NCBI GenBank assembly: GCA_045863055.1
Contig: BTUW01000010.1
Span: 59,417 to 123,416 of the forward strand
DNA length: 64,000 bases
Source of the DNA: Chlorobiota bacterium
Lineage (GTDB): Bacteria > Bacteroidota > Ignavibacteria > Ignavibacteriales > Ignavibacteriaceae
Direction of reading: 5' to 3'
Shown: piece by piece, positions 44,502-54,518 of the stretch
Layout of the letters: each line of letters begins with the position of its first letter
Numbering within the stretch: position 1 is the first letter of the stretch
Translations under genes and position numbers: made by a program
Notes under the pieces: model-generated
The model's input: only the letters and a program-made list of their open reading frames with translations
What the model was told of the DNA's origin: nothing
The model's database searches: none

Positions 44502-45485
44502 ATGATACTTGCATGCGATGCCGGCGGCACGAAAACAGTGCTTTCGGTCTTCACCCTCGAAGGTAAAAAACTTGTTGCTCACAAATCAGAGCGCTACAAT
44601 TCGAACGAATATGAGAGTCTTGAAGATATTATAATCCACTTCCTGAAGGATACCGGATATAAAATTGAAACAGGATGTGCAGGTGTTCCCGGTCCTGTGG
44701 TCGACGGAATAAGTTCATCCACAAATCTCACCTGGGCAATGGATGAAGCAGTGATAAGAGAGAAAACAGGCATTCCCAACTTCAAGCTCGTGAACGATCT
44801 TTACGCTCTTGCTTCGGCCGTGCCGTTTCTGGCAGAAGAAGATATCCTCACTGTTTACCCCGGTTCACCAACCAACGGTGTGGGCGTAAAAGCAGTCCTC
44901 GCTCCCGGTACCGGACTTGGTCAGGGTTTTCTCGTTCCCATTGAGGATGGAAAATTCAAAGTGATCCCTTCAGAGGGAAGTCACGCCGACTTTGCACCGA
45001 TAGATGATCTTCAGATAGAGATGCTCAAGTTCATGACGGCTGAATACGGTCGCGTTAGTGTTGAAAGGATATCCTCCGGCCTTGGTCTTAGAGGCATCTT
45101 CAAGTTCCTTTACGAGACAAAAACTGCAACCCCGACGCCTGAACTCCTCGAAGCGATCGAAACAGAGGACACGGCCGCGATGATCTCGAAGTTCGCCCTT
45201 GAAGGGAAGGATGAACTGGCGGTATTGGCTCTCGATCTTTTCACAAGAGTGCTTGGCCAGCAAGCCGGTAACCTCGTGCTTACCCTGATGGCACAGGGTG
45301 GTGTGTACCTCGGTGGCGGAATACCACCTAAGATCACCGAAAAAATTATGGACGGTTCGTTCGTTGAGGCTTACAAGGCCAAGGGGCGCCTCAGTTACAT
45401 TGTTGAGAACACCCCCGTTTACCTGATTAAAGACAGCAGCGCGGGTCTGCACGGCTCTGCATACATAGCCGCGGGCCTGATATAA
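44502..45485 (+). CDS. glk: Glucokinase
   Basis: Start at MILACDAGGTKT (44502; the track start 44406 overlaps pgl). LAPGTGLG, EGSHADFAP and GGVYLGGGIPPKI. Confidence 0.85.
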   Translation: MILACDAGGTKTVLSVFTLEGKKLVAHKSERYNSNEYESLEDIIIHFLKDTGYKIETGCAGVPGPVVDGISSSTNLTWAMDEAVIREKTGIPNFKLVNDLYALASAVPFLAEEDILTVYPGSPTNGVGVKAVLAPGTGLGQGFLVPIEDGKFKVIPSEGSHADFAPIDDLQIEMLKFMTAEYGRVSVERISSGLGLRGIFKFLYETKTATPTPELLEAIETEDTAAMISKFALEGKDELAVLALDLFTRVLGQQAGNLVLTLMAQGGVYLGGGIPPKITEKIMDGSFVEAYKAKGRLSYIVENTPVYLIKDSSAGLHGSAYIAAGLI

Positions 45486-45505
45486 AATTAGAAAAGGAAA
45501 CCGAT

Positions 45506-48295
45506 ATGAGTAAGATAGAAAAACTCGCAGAACTTGGTCAGTCACTTTGGCTCGATTTCATCAGCCGCGACTACATCCAGGGCGGGAAGCTTCAGGCGAT
45601 GATAAACGACGGTCTGAGGGGCATCACCTCGAATCCGACGATATTCGACAAAGCGATCGCCGGAAGTGCTGCCTATGATGCCGAGATCGCCGGGCTACTG
45701 GCGAAAGGCCACAGCACGCTCGAGATCTATGAGCAGCTCGCAATCAAAGATATTAAAACCGCTTGCGAAATGATGCTCCCAGTTTTTGAAAGGACGAAAG
45801 GGCTCGACGGATATGTAAGTCTTGAGGTCAATCCGACACTCGCTTACAAAACAGAGGAGACGATCGAAGAAGCCGTAAGGCTTTACACCGCGGTTAAAAT
45901 GCCGAACCTGATGATAAAGGTTCCGGCAACGAAGGAAGGAATTCCTGCCGTTAAAGAGCTTATCTCACACGGAATATCGGTTAACACCACCCTGATCTTC
46001 TCGATCGAAAGCTATATTGCAACCGCCAAAGCCTATATCGAAGGTCTTGAAATTCTCAAGACAAACGGCGGTGATGTGTCTAAAGTGGCTTCAGTTGCCT
46101 CGTTCTTCGTAAGCCGTGTTGATTCAGCCTGCGACTCCGCGCTTGAAAAGGCCGGAAACAAAGAGTTTCAGGGCAAAATTGCCGTTGCCAACGCCAAGGT
46201 TGCATTCAAGGAGTACGGAAAACTTTTTGGCGATGAGAGATGGGGTAAACTCGCGGCAGCGGGCGCGATGCCTCAGCGCGTTCTTTGGGCCAGCACCGGA
46301 ACCAAGAACCCGGCTTACTCCGATGTTCTCTATGTCGATGAACTGATCGGCAACCCGACCGTTAACACGATGCCTCCCGCGACGATAGACGCGTTCCTTG
46401 ATCACGGAAAGCTTGAGGTCACACTTGACAAAGGTGTTGAGGAAGCCGAAGCTCAGATCGCCGCACTTGCCGGACTTGGCATCGATATCAACGCCATTAC
46501 TGACAAGCTCCAGACCGACGGCGTAAGACTTTTTGAAGAATCGTTCGTATCGCTTCTCGGCTCGGTTGAGAAGAAATCGCTTGCCATCCTCCGTAATGGA
46601 AACAAGTTCGAGTGTTTTCCGACCGTTCTGGCAGAGAATTTTGCCTCGGGTTTGCAGAAACTCGCTGATCAGAACATACCCGGGAGGATATTCGCGAAGG
46701 ATCACACCGTTTGGAATGATTCCCCCGTTGAGATCGCGAACAGGCTCGGCTGGCTTGACAGTCCCGCGAACACCCTCGCATCACTTGATGAGATCAACGC
46801 TTTCGTAACTGAAATTAAGGCCGAAGGTTTTACCAACGCGCTCCTTCTCGGCATGGGTGGTTCATCACTCGCGCCTGAAGTATTTTCGCAGATGTTCGGC
46901 GCGGCCGGGGGGTATCTTTCACTGGAGATACTCGACAGCACACACCCGGCAGCAGTTCTTGAAAAAGAGACCAAACTCGCTGATAAAAAGACGCTTTACA
47001 TCGTTTCCACCAAATCGGGCGGAACGGTTGAGACCCTCTCATTTATGAAGTATTTCTTCACCTCTGTTGCCGGGAAACTTGGCGTCGAAGAGGCGAAGAA
47101 AAGGTTTATGGCGATCACCGATCCCGGTAGCGGGCTTGAAGATATGGCCAGATCGCTCGGCTTCAGAAAGATCTTCCTGAACGATCCCAACATCGGCGGA
47201 AGATATTCGGCCCTCTCCCTCTTCGGGATGGTTCCGGCCGCGCTTATGGGAATTGACATTGAGGATGTTCTGCACAAAACCTTCCTGATGATCGCTGAAT
47301 CGAAGACAAAGGGCGGCAGCCCGGCACAACTCGGCGTTCTGATGGCAGAAGGCGCGGCAGTGGCTTACGACAAGGTTACATTCATAGCTCCGGGCGTTTT
47401 TTCATATTTCGGACCGTGGGCCGAGCAGCTTATCGCCGAGAGCACCGGAAAGATAGGGAAGGGTATTCTCCCGGTTGAAGGTGAGGAGATACTTGAACCT
47501 GCGGAATACGCTGGTGACAGAATATTTGTTTACCTTGCCGACACTTCCGATGATCCGCTGAAGGCGAAGTTCGACGCGCTTGTTGAAGCCGGACACCCCG
47601 GGGTTGAGATAATCGTTCCAGACAAGAGTTATATCGGTTACGAGTTCCTCCGCTGGGAGATCGCCACGGCTGTTGCCGGTTGGGGTCTCGGTATTCATCC
47701 GTTCGATCAGCCCGATGTTGAATCGGCAAAAGTTTCGGCCCGCGCGGTTCTTAAGAAATTCGCCGATGAGGGTAAACTCCCCGAACCAACGGTTGCTTTC
47801 GAAGAAAACGGAGTGAAGGTAGTGGCTGATGTTAAAGCGACAGCCTTCAAAGAGGCGCTCGCTGAATATATGAAAGCCCTGCATCAGGGTAATCCCGGTG
47901 AAGACCTCAGAAGCTACCTCTCGGTTCAGGCGTATGTGAAGTCATCCGCTGAAACCGATGCCTTACTGAAAGAGATCAGATCGAAGTTCCAGAAGCAGTA
48001 CCGGATAGCTGTTACAACGGGATACGGTCCCCGGTTCCTTCACTCGACAGGTCAGCTCCACAAAGGTGACCACGGTCACGGACTCTTTATTCAGGTGATC
48101 GCGGGTATTGATGGTGATACAATCATTCCTGATGAGGCAGGTTTGAGCGCCGGAAAAATGTCGTTCGGAACACTGGTGGTTGCCCAGGCGATGGGTGACA
48201 GGGACGCCCTGACAGGAAAAGGGAGGAAGGCTTTCACCGTTTTCGGCGGTAAGGATGCCTCCTCGACACTGAAATATTTGCTTGAAAAAATATAG
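45506..48295 (+). CDS. Bifunctional transaldolase / glucose-6-phosphate isomerase fusion
   Basis: N-terminal transaldolase (GQSLWLDFISR, GITSNPTIF, MIKVPAT, NTTLIFS). The C-terminal ~550 aa are PGI-like (LLGMGGSSLAPE, VSTKSGGTVET, GGRYSALS). Confidence 0.88.
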   Translation: MSKIEKLAELGQSLWLDFISRDYIQGGKLQAMINDGLRGITSNPTIFDKAIAGSAAYDAEIAGLLAKGHSTLEIYEQLAIKDIKTACEMMLPVFERTKGLDGYVSLEVNPTLAYKTEETIEEAVRLYTAVKMPNLMIKVPATKEGIPAVKELISHGISVNTTLIFSIESYIATAKAYIEGLEILKTNGGDVSKVASVASFFVSRVDSACDSALEKAGNKEFQGKIAVANAKVAFKEYGKLFGDERWGKLAAAGAMPQRVLWASTGTKNPAYSDVLYVDELIGNPTVNTMPPATIDAFLDHGKLEVTLDKGVEEAEAQIAALAGLGIDINAITDKLQTDGVRLFEESFVSLLGSVEKKSLAILRNGNKFECFPTVLAENFASGLQKLADQNIPGRIFAKDHTVWNDSPVEIANRLGWLDSPANTLASLDEINAFVTEIKAEGFTNALLLGMGGSSLAPEVFSQMFGAAGGYLSLEILDSTHPAAVLEKETKLADKKTLYIVSTKSGGTVETLSFMKYFFTSVAGKLGVEEAKKRFMAITDPGSGLEDMARSLGFRKIFLNDPNIGGRYSALSLFGMVPAALMGIDIEDVLHKTFLMIAESKTKGGSPAQLGVLMAEGAAVAYDKVTFIAPGVFSYFGPWAEQLIAESTGKIGKGILPVEGEEILEPAEYAGDRIFVYLADTSDDPLKAKFDALVEAGHPGVEIIVPDKSYIGYEFLRWEIATAVAGWGLGIHPFDQPDVESAKVSARAVLKKFADEGKLPEPTVAFEENGVKVVADVKATAFKEALAEYMKALHQGNPGEDLRSYLSVQAYVKSSAETDALLKEIRSKFQKQYRIAVTTGYGPRFLHSTGQLHKGDHGHGLFIQVIAGIDGDTIIPDEAGLSAGKMSFGTLVVAQAMGDRDALTGKGRKAFTVFGGKDASSTLKYLLEKI

Positions 48296-48305
48296 ACAGT
48301 TGATC

Positions 48306-48343
48306 CCCTGGAGCGGCAATAATTGCCGCTTCAGGGTGTTTTT
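48306..48343 (+). terminator. Intrinsic terminator of the pentose-phosphate operon
   Basis: CCCTGGAGCGGCAATaATTGCCGCTTCAGGGtgTTTTT. Confidence 0.8.
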
Positions 48344-48449
48344 AGGGCGATTTACAGAGAAAACGGTCAATTTCAGGGTTAAAAATTTGCATCTTTCCGC
48401 TAAATGTATTTAATTGCGAGACTTAACAGTAATTTTTCGGAAAGCACCC

Positions 48450-49814
48450 ATGAATATGATCAACGCGGGACGATCAGGATTTAGCCTGACCTTCATTCAG
48501 GCAGCTTTCATTTTGTTGTTTTTGATCACACAACAGGTATACGGTCAGCAAGATCCCCTTGCTTCCGGCCCCATGCCCGGTTACTCTGAAAAAAGAGAAG
48601 TCCTCATCTGGCTGCAGACACGCGGCACCTCCAAAGTTTATCTTGAATATCATCCTGCAGGTCAGAACAGCGCCGTGATCCGTTCCGAAGAGATCACCAC
48701 TTCGGAAAAAAGCGGATTCACCGCCTCTTTTATACTGAAAAGGCTGATGCCCGGTACCAGATACAACTACAGCATTTTTATCGACGGTAAGAAAATAACA
48801 AAATCCTATCCATTCACCTTCGCGACTCAAAAGTTGTGGGAGTGGAGGGAGGATCCGCCGGAGTTCAGTTTCCTGACCGGCAGCTGCGCCTACATAAACG
48901 ATGAACCATACGACAGACCGGGCAAACCTTATGGTGGCGACTACCGTATTTTTAGCGACATGGCAGAAAAAGGGGGAGACTTCATGCTGTGGCTCGGGGA
49001 TAATGTCTATTTAAGGGAAGCGGAATGGTCGACCCGTGACGGGATGATCTACAGGTATTCACACACGCGGGGGCTGCCCGAAATGCAGAAAATGCTCGCA
49101 ACCATGCACCACTACGCGATCTGGGATGACCACGATTTTGGTCCCAACGACAGTGACCGCGGATGGCGCAACAAGGAAGACGTGCTGGATGTATTCAAAA
49201 TGTTTTGGGGGAATCCCACTTACGGGGTTGAAGGGAAGCCGGGGATCACCACTTCTTTCAGATGGGCTGACGTGGAGTTTTTCCTTCTCGACAACAGATA
49301 TTACAGAACGCCCAACAAGCGTAAAACCGGCGACAGAACCGTTTTGGGAGAACACCAGCGGGAGTGGCTTATTGACGCACTCGCCGGGAGCAACGCCACA
49401 TTCAAGATAATCGCGATGGGCGGGCAGTTCCTCAATCCGGCGAAAAGATTCGAAAATTATTCTAATTTCGAGGCCGAGCGTCAATGGATACTCGATATGA
49501 TCAAAGAAGAGGGGATCACCGGGGTTATCTTTCTTACCGGCGACAGACACAGCAGCGAACTTGATATTATGCCGCGAGAAGGGACATATCCACTACATGA
49601 ATTTACAATTTCGACCCTTTCGGCCGGAGTCAGCACTTCAGCAGAAAAAGATGAAAATCCTCTCCGGCATCCCGGCACCCTGTTAGCCGAGAGGAATTAC
49701 GCAAAGTTCACGGTGTCAGGGAAGAGCAAGGAGAGGGTTCTCAAGTGCACGGTTTACAATACAGACGGCGTTGAGAAATGGAATTACTTAATTTCCGAAA
49801 AGGATGTGAAGTGA
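48450..49814 (+). CDS. phoD: PhoD-like alkaline phosphatase/phosphodiesterase
   Basis: Start at MNMINAGRSGFSLTFIQAAFILLFLITQQVYGQ. LGDNVY, AIWDDHDFGPND and FLTGDRHSSE metallophosphatase motifs. Confidence 0.75.
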   Translation: MNMINAGRSGFSLTFIQAAFILLFLITQQVYGQQDPLASGPMPGYSEKREVLIWLQTRGTSKVYLEYHPAGQNSAVIRSEEITTSEKSGFTASFILKRLMPGTRYNYSIFIDGKKITKSYPFTFATQKLWEWREDPPEFSFLTGSCAYINDEPYDRPGKPYGGDYRIFSDMAEKGGDFMLWLGDNVYLREAEWSTRDGMIYRYSHTRGLPEMQKMLATMHHYAIWDDHDFGPNDSDRGWRNKEDVLDVFKMFWGNPTYGVEGKPGITTSFRWADVEFFLLDNRYYRTPNKRKTGDRTVLGEHQREWLIDALAGSNATFKIIAMGGQFLNPAKRFENYSNFEAERQWILDMIKEEGITGVIFLTGDRHSSELDIMPREGTYPLHEFTISTLSAGVSTSAEKDENPLRHPGTLLAERNYAKFTVSGKSKERVLKCTVYNTDGVEKWNYLISEKDVK

Positions 49815-49933
49815 TCTATTGTGATAATTGTCATAGTTTTTTAAAGTCCCGTGTCACATTTTCGAGCGGGCAATTTTTATTTCTATTTGCAGGCTAAGAA
49901 CAGACATTTTTTAATTTGATTTTCTAATAGAAC

Positions 49934-51058
49934 ATGAGCACAGATTCAACTAACAACCGCGCGATACGACACGAGGAGATCAATACCTCGTTTGGCGATA
50001 CTTTGCCTGTTGAGAATCTTATGCTCGACTACAGAATTGCCAATACTGTAGGAGCGCAGGCACTGAAGTTCATACGTGAACACGTGAATCTCAGCAACCC
50101 GGCAACCAAAGTGCTCCACACTTCCTCGAAATTCAACGTTGAATCACTTCCTGATGATGAAGTGGCCGACTTTGTGAACATCCATACGATGAACCACATC
50201 CGCTATCTGAACAAGTTCTTCGAGGCGGTTAACAGAAAACTGCCGGATAACGGTATTTTCATCGGGACCTTCGAAACATTTGGCCAGAGAAGGCGCAGGA
50301 TATTCAACCGCTACAAAAAATGGATAGCGGCCCCGGTTTATTTTGTTGACTTCATGTTCCACCGCGTCTTCCCGAAACTGAAGATAACAAGAAAGATCTA
50401 TTTTTTCCTTACCGGTGGTTCAAACCGTGTCTATTCCCTTACTGAAGTACTGGGAAGGCTGGTCTCCTGCGGATTTGAAATAATTGACTACAAAGCTTTT
50501 AATGAGCAGACCTACTTTGCCGTGAGAAAGGTTTCTGATCCCGAGTACAATGAGGAACCTTCGTACGGCCCCCTTTTCAAGATGCGAAGGATCGGGAAGA
50601 ACGGCAAGGTGATCTATGTTTACAAGTTCAGAACGATGCACCCCTATTCAGAGTATCTCCAGAAATTCCTTTTTGAGAAGAACAGCCTCCAGGAAGGCGG
50701 TAAGATCAAGGATGATTTCCGCGTTACCTACTGGGGCAGGATAATGCGCAAACTCTGGATTGACGAGCTTCCGATGTTTATCAATTTCTTCAAAGGTGAT
50801 CTTAAACTTGTCGGTGTGCGCCCCTTGAGCAAGCACTACCTCAGTCTTTATGATGATGAACTCCGCGAAATGCGGCTTAAACACAAGCCGGGACTCCTTC
50901 CGCCGTTCTATGCCGACCTCCCAAAAACCCTGGAGGAGATCATTGAATCGGAGAAAAGGTACCTTCGTCTGTTCGACAAATATGGGTTCATGACCGATGT
51001 GAAATACCTCCTGAAGGCTCTGAACAACATTCTGATCAAGCGCGCACGAAGCAACTGA
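49934..51058 (+). CDS. Sugar transferase (Bac_transf, polyprenyl-phosphate glycosyl-1-phosphate transferase-like) with N-terminal extra domain
   Basis: GKNGKVIYVYKFRTMH, DELPMFINFFKGDLKLVGVRPL and KPGLLPPFYAD. Confidence 0.8.
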   Translation: MSTDSTNNRAIRHEEINTSFGDTLPVENLMLDYRIANTVGAQALKFIREHVNLSNPATKVLHTSSKFNVESLPDDEVADFVNIHTMNHIRYLNKFFEAVNRKLPDNGIFIGTFETFGQRRRRIFNRYKKWIAAPVYFVDFMFHRVFPKLKITRKIYFFLTGGSNRVYSLTEVLGRLVSCGFEIIDYKAFNEQTYFAVRKVSDPEYNEEPSYGPLFKMRRIGKNGKVIYVYKFRTMHPYSEYLQKFLFEKNSLQEGGKIKDDFRVTYWGRIMRKLWIDELPMFINFFKGDLKLVGVRPLSKHYLSLYDDELREMRLKHKPGLLPPFYADLPKTLEEIIESEKRYLRLFDKYGFMTDVKYLLKALNNILIKRARSN

Positions 51059-51082
51059 GCGGAACTATTTATATTATTGGAA

Positions 51083-51110
51083 AAGCGTGAACTGCATCAC
51101 GCTTTTTTTA
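51083..51110 (+). terminator. Intrinsic terminator after the sugar transferase gene
   Basis: AGCGTGAactgcaTCACGCTTTTTTTATTTT. Confidence 0.8.
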
Positions 51111-51176
51111 TTTTAAAAGTACTTTATTTATTTTAACGAATTAGAATCTCACAAACTAAACAACCGGAGAATAAAA

Positions 51177-51833
51177 ATGAAAAAATCACACTTGTTGTTG
51201 GCACTTATGCTGTTCGCCCCATTGGCATTTGGTCAGTTGGTACCGAAGTTCAGCCTTGGAGTAAGCGGAGGTGTAGCCTTGCCGCAGGGCGATATGGGGG
51301 ATCTTTACAAAACCGGGTTCGGCGGTGCCGTAACACTGGTTCTCCCAATCCCTTTACCTGTTGAGCTTTCTGCATCAGTCGGCTACCACACATTCGGTTT
51401 TAACAACGACAAATTCAATGAAACGCTGAAACTTGCCGGTTCCAACAAAACCGCCGATGTTGATGCCCCCCTTAACCTGATCCCTATCACAGTGAACGCG
51501 CGTTACTATTTCACGCCTGTTGGTGTACGCCCATACGCGGAAGCCGCTCTTGGTATCGGTATTGCGTCGCTAAAGAATGTTTACATCGAAGGAAATTCAC
51601 CGAACGCATTCTCGATAAAGACAACCGATGTTTCCGAGACAAAACAGTTCTTCAGCCTTGGTGCTGGTGTGCTCATAGGCGTCGGTGTCATAGCCGACCT
51701 CGATGTCAATGTCAAGTTTGGTGTTCTTGGTCAGAAGTTCAGCCAGATGACCTTCGACGGAAGCACACTGACCTACACAGAGTCGAACGGATCATTCATC
51801 GGCATCAATGCCGGCCTCCGCTTCAAACTTTAA
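51177..51833 (+). CDS. Outer-membrane beta-barrel protein (OMP_b-brl-like), paralog 1
   Basis: Signal peptide, alternating beta-strand pattern, and a C-terminus GINAGLRFKL. Its own terminator is at 51852..51881. Confidence 0.7.
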   Translation: MKKSHLLLALMLFAPLAFGQLVPKFSLGVSGGVALPQGDMGDLYKTGFGGAVTLVLPIPLPVELSASVGYHTFGFNNDKFNETLKLAGSNKTADVDAPLNLIPITVNARYYFTPVGVRPYAEAALGIGIASLKNVYIEGNSPNAFSIKTTDVSETKQFFSLGAGVLIGVGVIADLDVNVKFGVLGQKFSQMTFDGSTLTYTESNGSFIGINAGLRFKL

Positions 51834-51851
51834 CAGAGCTTAACACATGAT

Positions 51852-51881
51852 AAGCCGCCGCGACCCGGCGGCTTTTTTTTA
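51852..51881 (+). terminator. Intrinsic terminator after OMP paralog 1
   Basis: AGCCGCCGcgaccCGGCGGCTTTTTTTT. Confidence 0.85.
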
Positions 51882-51976
51882 TTAATGGCCGGATATCTCT
51901 TTTTTTCGTTTAATTGTATTATATTTGCCGCCGTTGTTAAACCAACATTCATCATCAATTAAACACCGGAGAATTC

Positions 51977-52648
51977 ATGAAACGACTCTTCACATTATTG
52001 TTCGTTCTCTTTTTTGTACCCTTGACATTCGGCCAGTTCATACCAAAATTTGGTATGGCAGTGGGCGGAAGTGTTGCCATGCCCCAGGGAGAAATGGGTG
52101 ATCTTTACAAGACCGGATACGGCGGTTACTTTACTCTGATCCTTCCGGTACCGGGACCTTTCGAGGTTTCGGCTACAGCGGGTTTCAACACCTTTAAATT
52201 CAACAACGACTACATCAACAAACTTTTCAAAGATGCCACAGGCACAGATCCGGGACTTGATCTCGATATTCCGCTGACCATCATCCCGGTAACGGCAAAT
52301 GCCCGTTACTACTTCATTCCGGCACTGGTTAAACCCTATGCTGAAGTGAATCTTGGTCTCTCATTCGGTACGATAAAAGCAAGGGTTCCTGATCCGCTCC
52401 CCGGAAATCCATACAACATGAAGTCGATGGAAAGCTCGGAAACCAAGCAATACCTTGGAATCGGAGCGGGTGTTGTGATCGGACTCGGTATTGTTGCAGA
52501 TCTTGACATAAACGCGAGATACGCACTCCTCGGACACGAGTTCGCCGTAAGCACCACTACCGTACAAGGTGGAACGGTTACCTACACAGAGTCAAAATCA
52601 AACGGCTCCCTCTTCGGCATTAATGCCGGCCTTCGCCTGAAACTTTAA
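51977..52648 (+). CDS. Outer-membrane beta-barrel protein, paralog 2
   Basis: Colinear with 51177..51833 (GQFIPKF, PQGEMGDLYKTGYGG, ANARYYF, RPYAE/KPYAE, GINAGLRLKL). Confidence 0.7.
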   Translation: MKRLFTLLFVLFFVPLTFGQFIPKFGMAVGGSVAMPQGEMGDLYKTGYGGYFTLILPVPGPFEVSATAGFNTFKFNNDYINKLFKDATGTDPGLDLDIPLTIIPVTANARYYFIPALVKPYAEVNLGLSFGTIKARVPDPLPGNPYNMKSMESSETKQYLGIGAGVVIGLGIVADLDINARYALLGHEFAVSTTTVQGGTVTYTESKSNGSLFGINAGLRLKL

Positions 52649-52658
52649 TTCTACTTTT

Positions 52659-52696
52659 AGGGGCCATGTATCAGGCTGAAAATGGCCCCATTTTTC
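52659..52696 (+). terminator. Intrinsic terminator after OMP paralog 2
   Basis: GGGGCCATgtatcaggctgaaaATGGCCCCATTTTT. Confidence 0.75.
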
Positions 52697-52881
52697 AATG
52701 CAGTAATCTTAATTGCTTTATCAATCTGATTAATTGTGACGCGGACGATTGTAACAGGTACTTTTGTTTTATATATTTTTTTGTATCTTGATGCATTGCA
52801 TTAATAAAATTTGTTTAAGCAATAGGTAGAATCAATACTCAAATCTTACTATTGCATCTCTCTAGCTTGCAGGAGTAAATA

Positions 52882-53709
52882 ATGGAAATCCATACTAATA
52901 TATTCTTGGGAGACTGTCTGGATACTTTGAAAGGTATTCCTGATAATTCAGTCGACCTGATCTTTACATCCCCGCCATATGCCGACCAACGCAAATCAAC
53001 CTACGGTGGAATCCGTCCCGAAGAGTATGTTGAATGGTTCCTACCAAGAAGTGAACAATTTCTTCGCGTATTGAAACCCTCTGGGTCTTTTGTCCTAAAT
53101 ATTAAGGAGAAGGTAGTTAATGGGGAAAGAAGCACATATGTACTCGAATTGATAATTGGAATGAGACAACAGGGATGGCTTTGGACTGAGGAATTTATCT
53201 GGCATAAGAAAAACTCATATCCCGGCAAGTGGCCAAACCGGTTTCGAGATGCTTGGGAGAGGTTATTGCAGTTCAACAAAGATAGAAAATTCAATATGTA
53301 TCAGGATGAAGTCATGGTACCTATGGGAGAATGGGCCAAAACCAGGCTACGCAAGTTAAGTGAAACCGATCTACGAAGAGATGATTCAAAGGTGGGGAGT
53401 GGCTTCGGAAAAAACATTTCGAACTGGCTTGACAGGGATATGGCATACCCATCGAATGTCTTACATTTGGCAACTGAGTGTTCCAATAAAAGTCATTCTG
53501 CTGCTTTTCCGGAGGAGTTACCAGAATGGTTTATCAAATTATTCACACAAGAAGGTGATGTCGTTCTTGATCCATTCCTGGGGTCCGGAACCACAGTAAA
53601 GGTCGCTCAGCGTATGCATCGTCATTCAATAGGTATAGAGATCCTCCCGGATTACTACTACATGGTAAAAAATCAACTTGAACCCTCAAAATTAGTGCTA
53701 TTTGGATAA
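52882..53709 (+). CDS. Type II DNA methyltransferase, beta-class amino-MTase (SPPY motif; probably N4-cytosine, possibly N6-adenine)
   Basis: Motif IV DLIFTSPPY lies near the N-terminus. Motif I VVLDPFLGSGTT lies near the C-terminus (beta permutation). FPEELPEW. AT-rich. Confidence 0.85.
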   Translation: MEIHTNIFLGDCLDTLKGIPDNSVDLIFTSPPYADQRKSTYGGIRPEEYVEWFLPRSEQFLRVLKPSGSFVLNIKEKVVNGERSTYVLELIIGMRQQGWLWTEEFIWHKKNSYPGKWPNRFRDAWERLLQFNKDRKFNMYQDEVMVPMGEWAKTRLRKLSETDLRRDDSKVGSGFGKNISNWLDRDMAYPSNVLHLATECSNKSHSAAFPEELPEWFIKLFTQEGDVVLDPFLGSGTTVKVAQRMHRHSIGIEILPDYYYMVKNQLEPSKLVLFG

Positions 53710-53711
53710 AC

Positions 53712-54443
53712 ATGTCACTTGAATTAATTAAGGTACAGAAATATGTGGAAGCCAATATCTCACATTTCCATTCGAAGCGACTGGAAAGTCTTGATAAACT
53801 TGATATTGGAAAGATAATTGTTAGAAAAAACCCATATTTGTTCCGTGCAAAGAATCTTGGTCCTGCGGAGTTAGTCAAAAGTCTCGCTGATGCGATTATT
53901 TCCTCAAACGAAGAAACAGTTTTTGGAGATTGGTTAGAGGGCTTAGCGATCTTCGTAAATAGCCAAGTATTCGGCGGGCGAAAATCGGGAATTCAAGGGA
54001 TCGACTTGGAATTTGAAGAAGGGGAAATAAAGTACATTGTCAGTATCAAATCAGGTCCTAATTGGGGAAACAGCTCTCAAATGAAAAAGATGGTACAAGA
54101 CTTTAAATCTGCAAAGAAAGTGCTTAGGACAAGCAACTCAAATCTTAATGTTGTGGCTGTTAATGGTTGTTGCTATGGAAGAGACAACCGCCCTGATAAG
54201 GGTGATTACTTTAAATACTGCGGGGAAATGTTCTGGCACTTTATTTCTGGTGATCCATCATTATACAAAGATTTGATAAAACCGCTTGGACACAATGCTA
54301 AATTAAGGAATGATGAATTCTTAAATTCCTATAATAAGAAGATATCAGTCTTACAGAGGGATTTCCTATTGAAATTTTGTACTGCGGATGGAGCGATTGA
54401 CTGGGGTAAAATAGTGGAATTAAATTCTGGGAAAATTAAATAG
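53712..54443 (+). CDS. Putative Type II restriction endonuclease (PD-(D/E)xK-like), cognate of the preceding methyltransferase
   Basis: 2-nt spacing from the MTase. GIDLEFEEGEIKYIVSIKSGPNWGNSS is compatible with a D...(E/S)xK nuclease core. From memory the N-terminus (HFHSKRLESL...RKNPYLFRAK...SSNEETVFGDWLEGLAIF) resembles REases annotated as the PmeII/Eco47II-like family. This is unverified. Confidence 0.6.
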   Translation: MSLELIKVQKYVEANISHFHSKRLESLDKLDIGKIIVRKNPYLFRAKNLGPAELVKSLADAIISSNEETVFGDWLEGLAIFVNSQVFGGRKSGIQGIDLEFEEGEIKYIVSIKSGPNWGNSSQMKKMVQDFKSAKKVLRTSNSNLNVVAVNGCCYGRDNRPDKGDYFKYCGEMFWHFISGDPSLYKDLIKPLGHNAKLRNDEFLNSYNKKISVLQRDFLLKFCTADGAIDWGKIVELNSGKIK

Positions 54444-54518
54444 CTATTAAATAAACCCGGAAACCCTCCCTTCGAAAAGGGAGGGCTGCCGGGGGCAAGC
54501 CAATTAACTTCTCAAGGG

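Noticed and set aside
44970-46705. Minus-strand ORFs of 191 and 193 aa (44970..45545 and 46124..46705)
   Set aside because: They are antisense to glk and tal/pgi, with no motifs.
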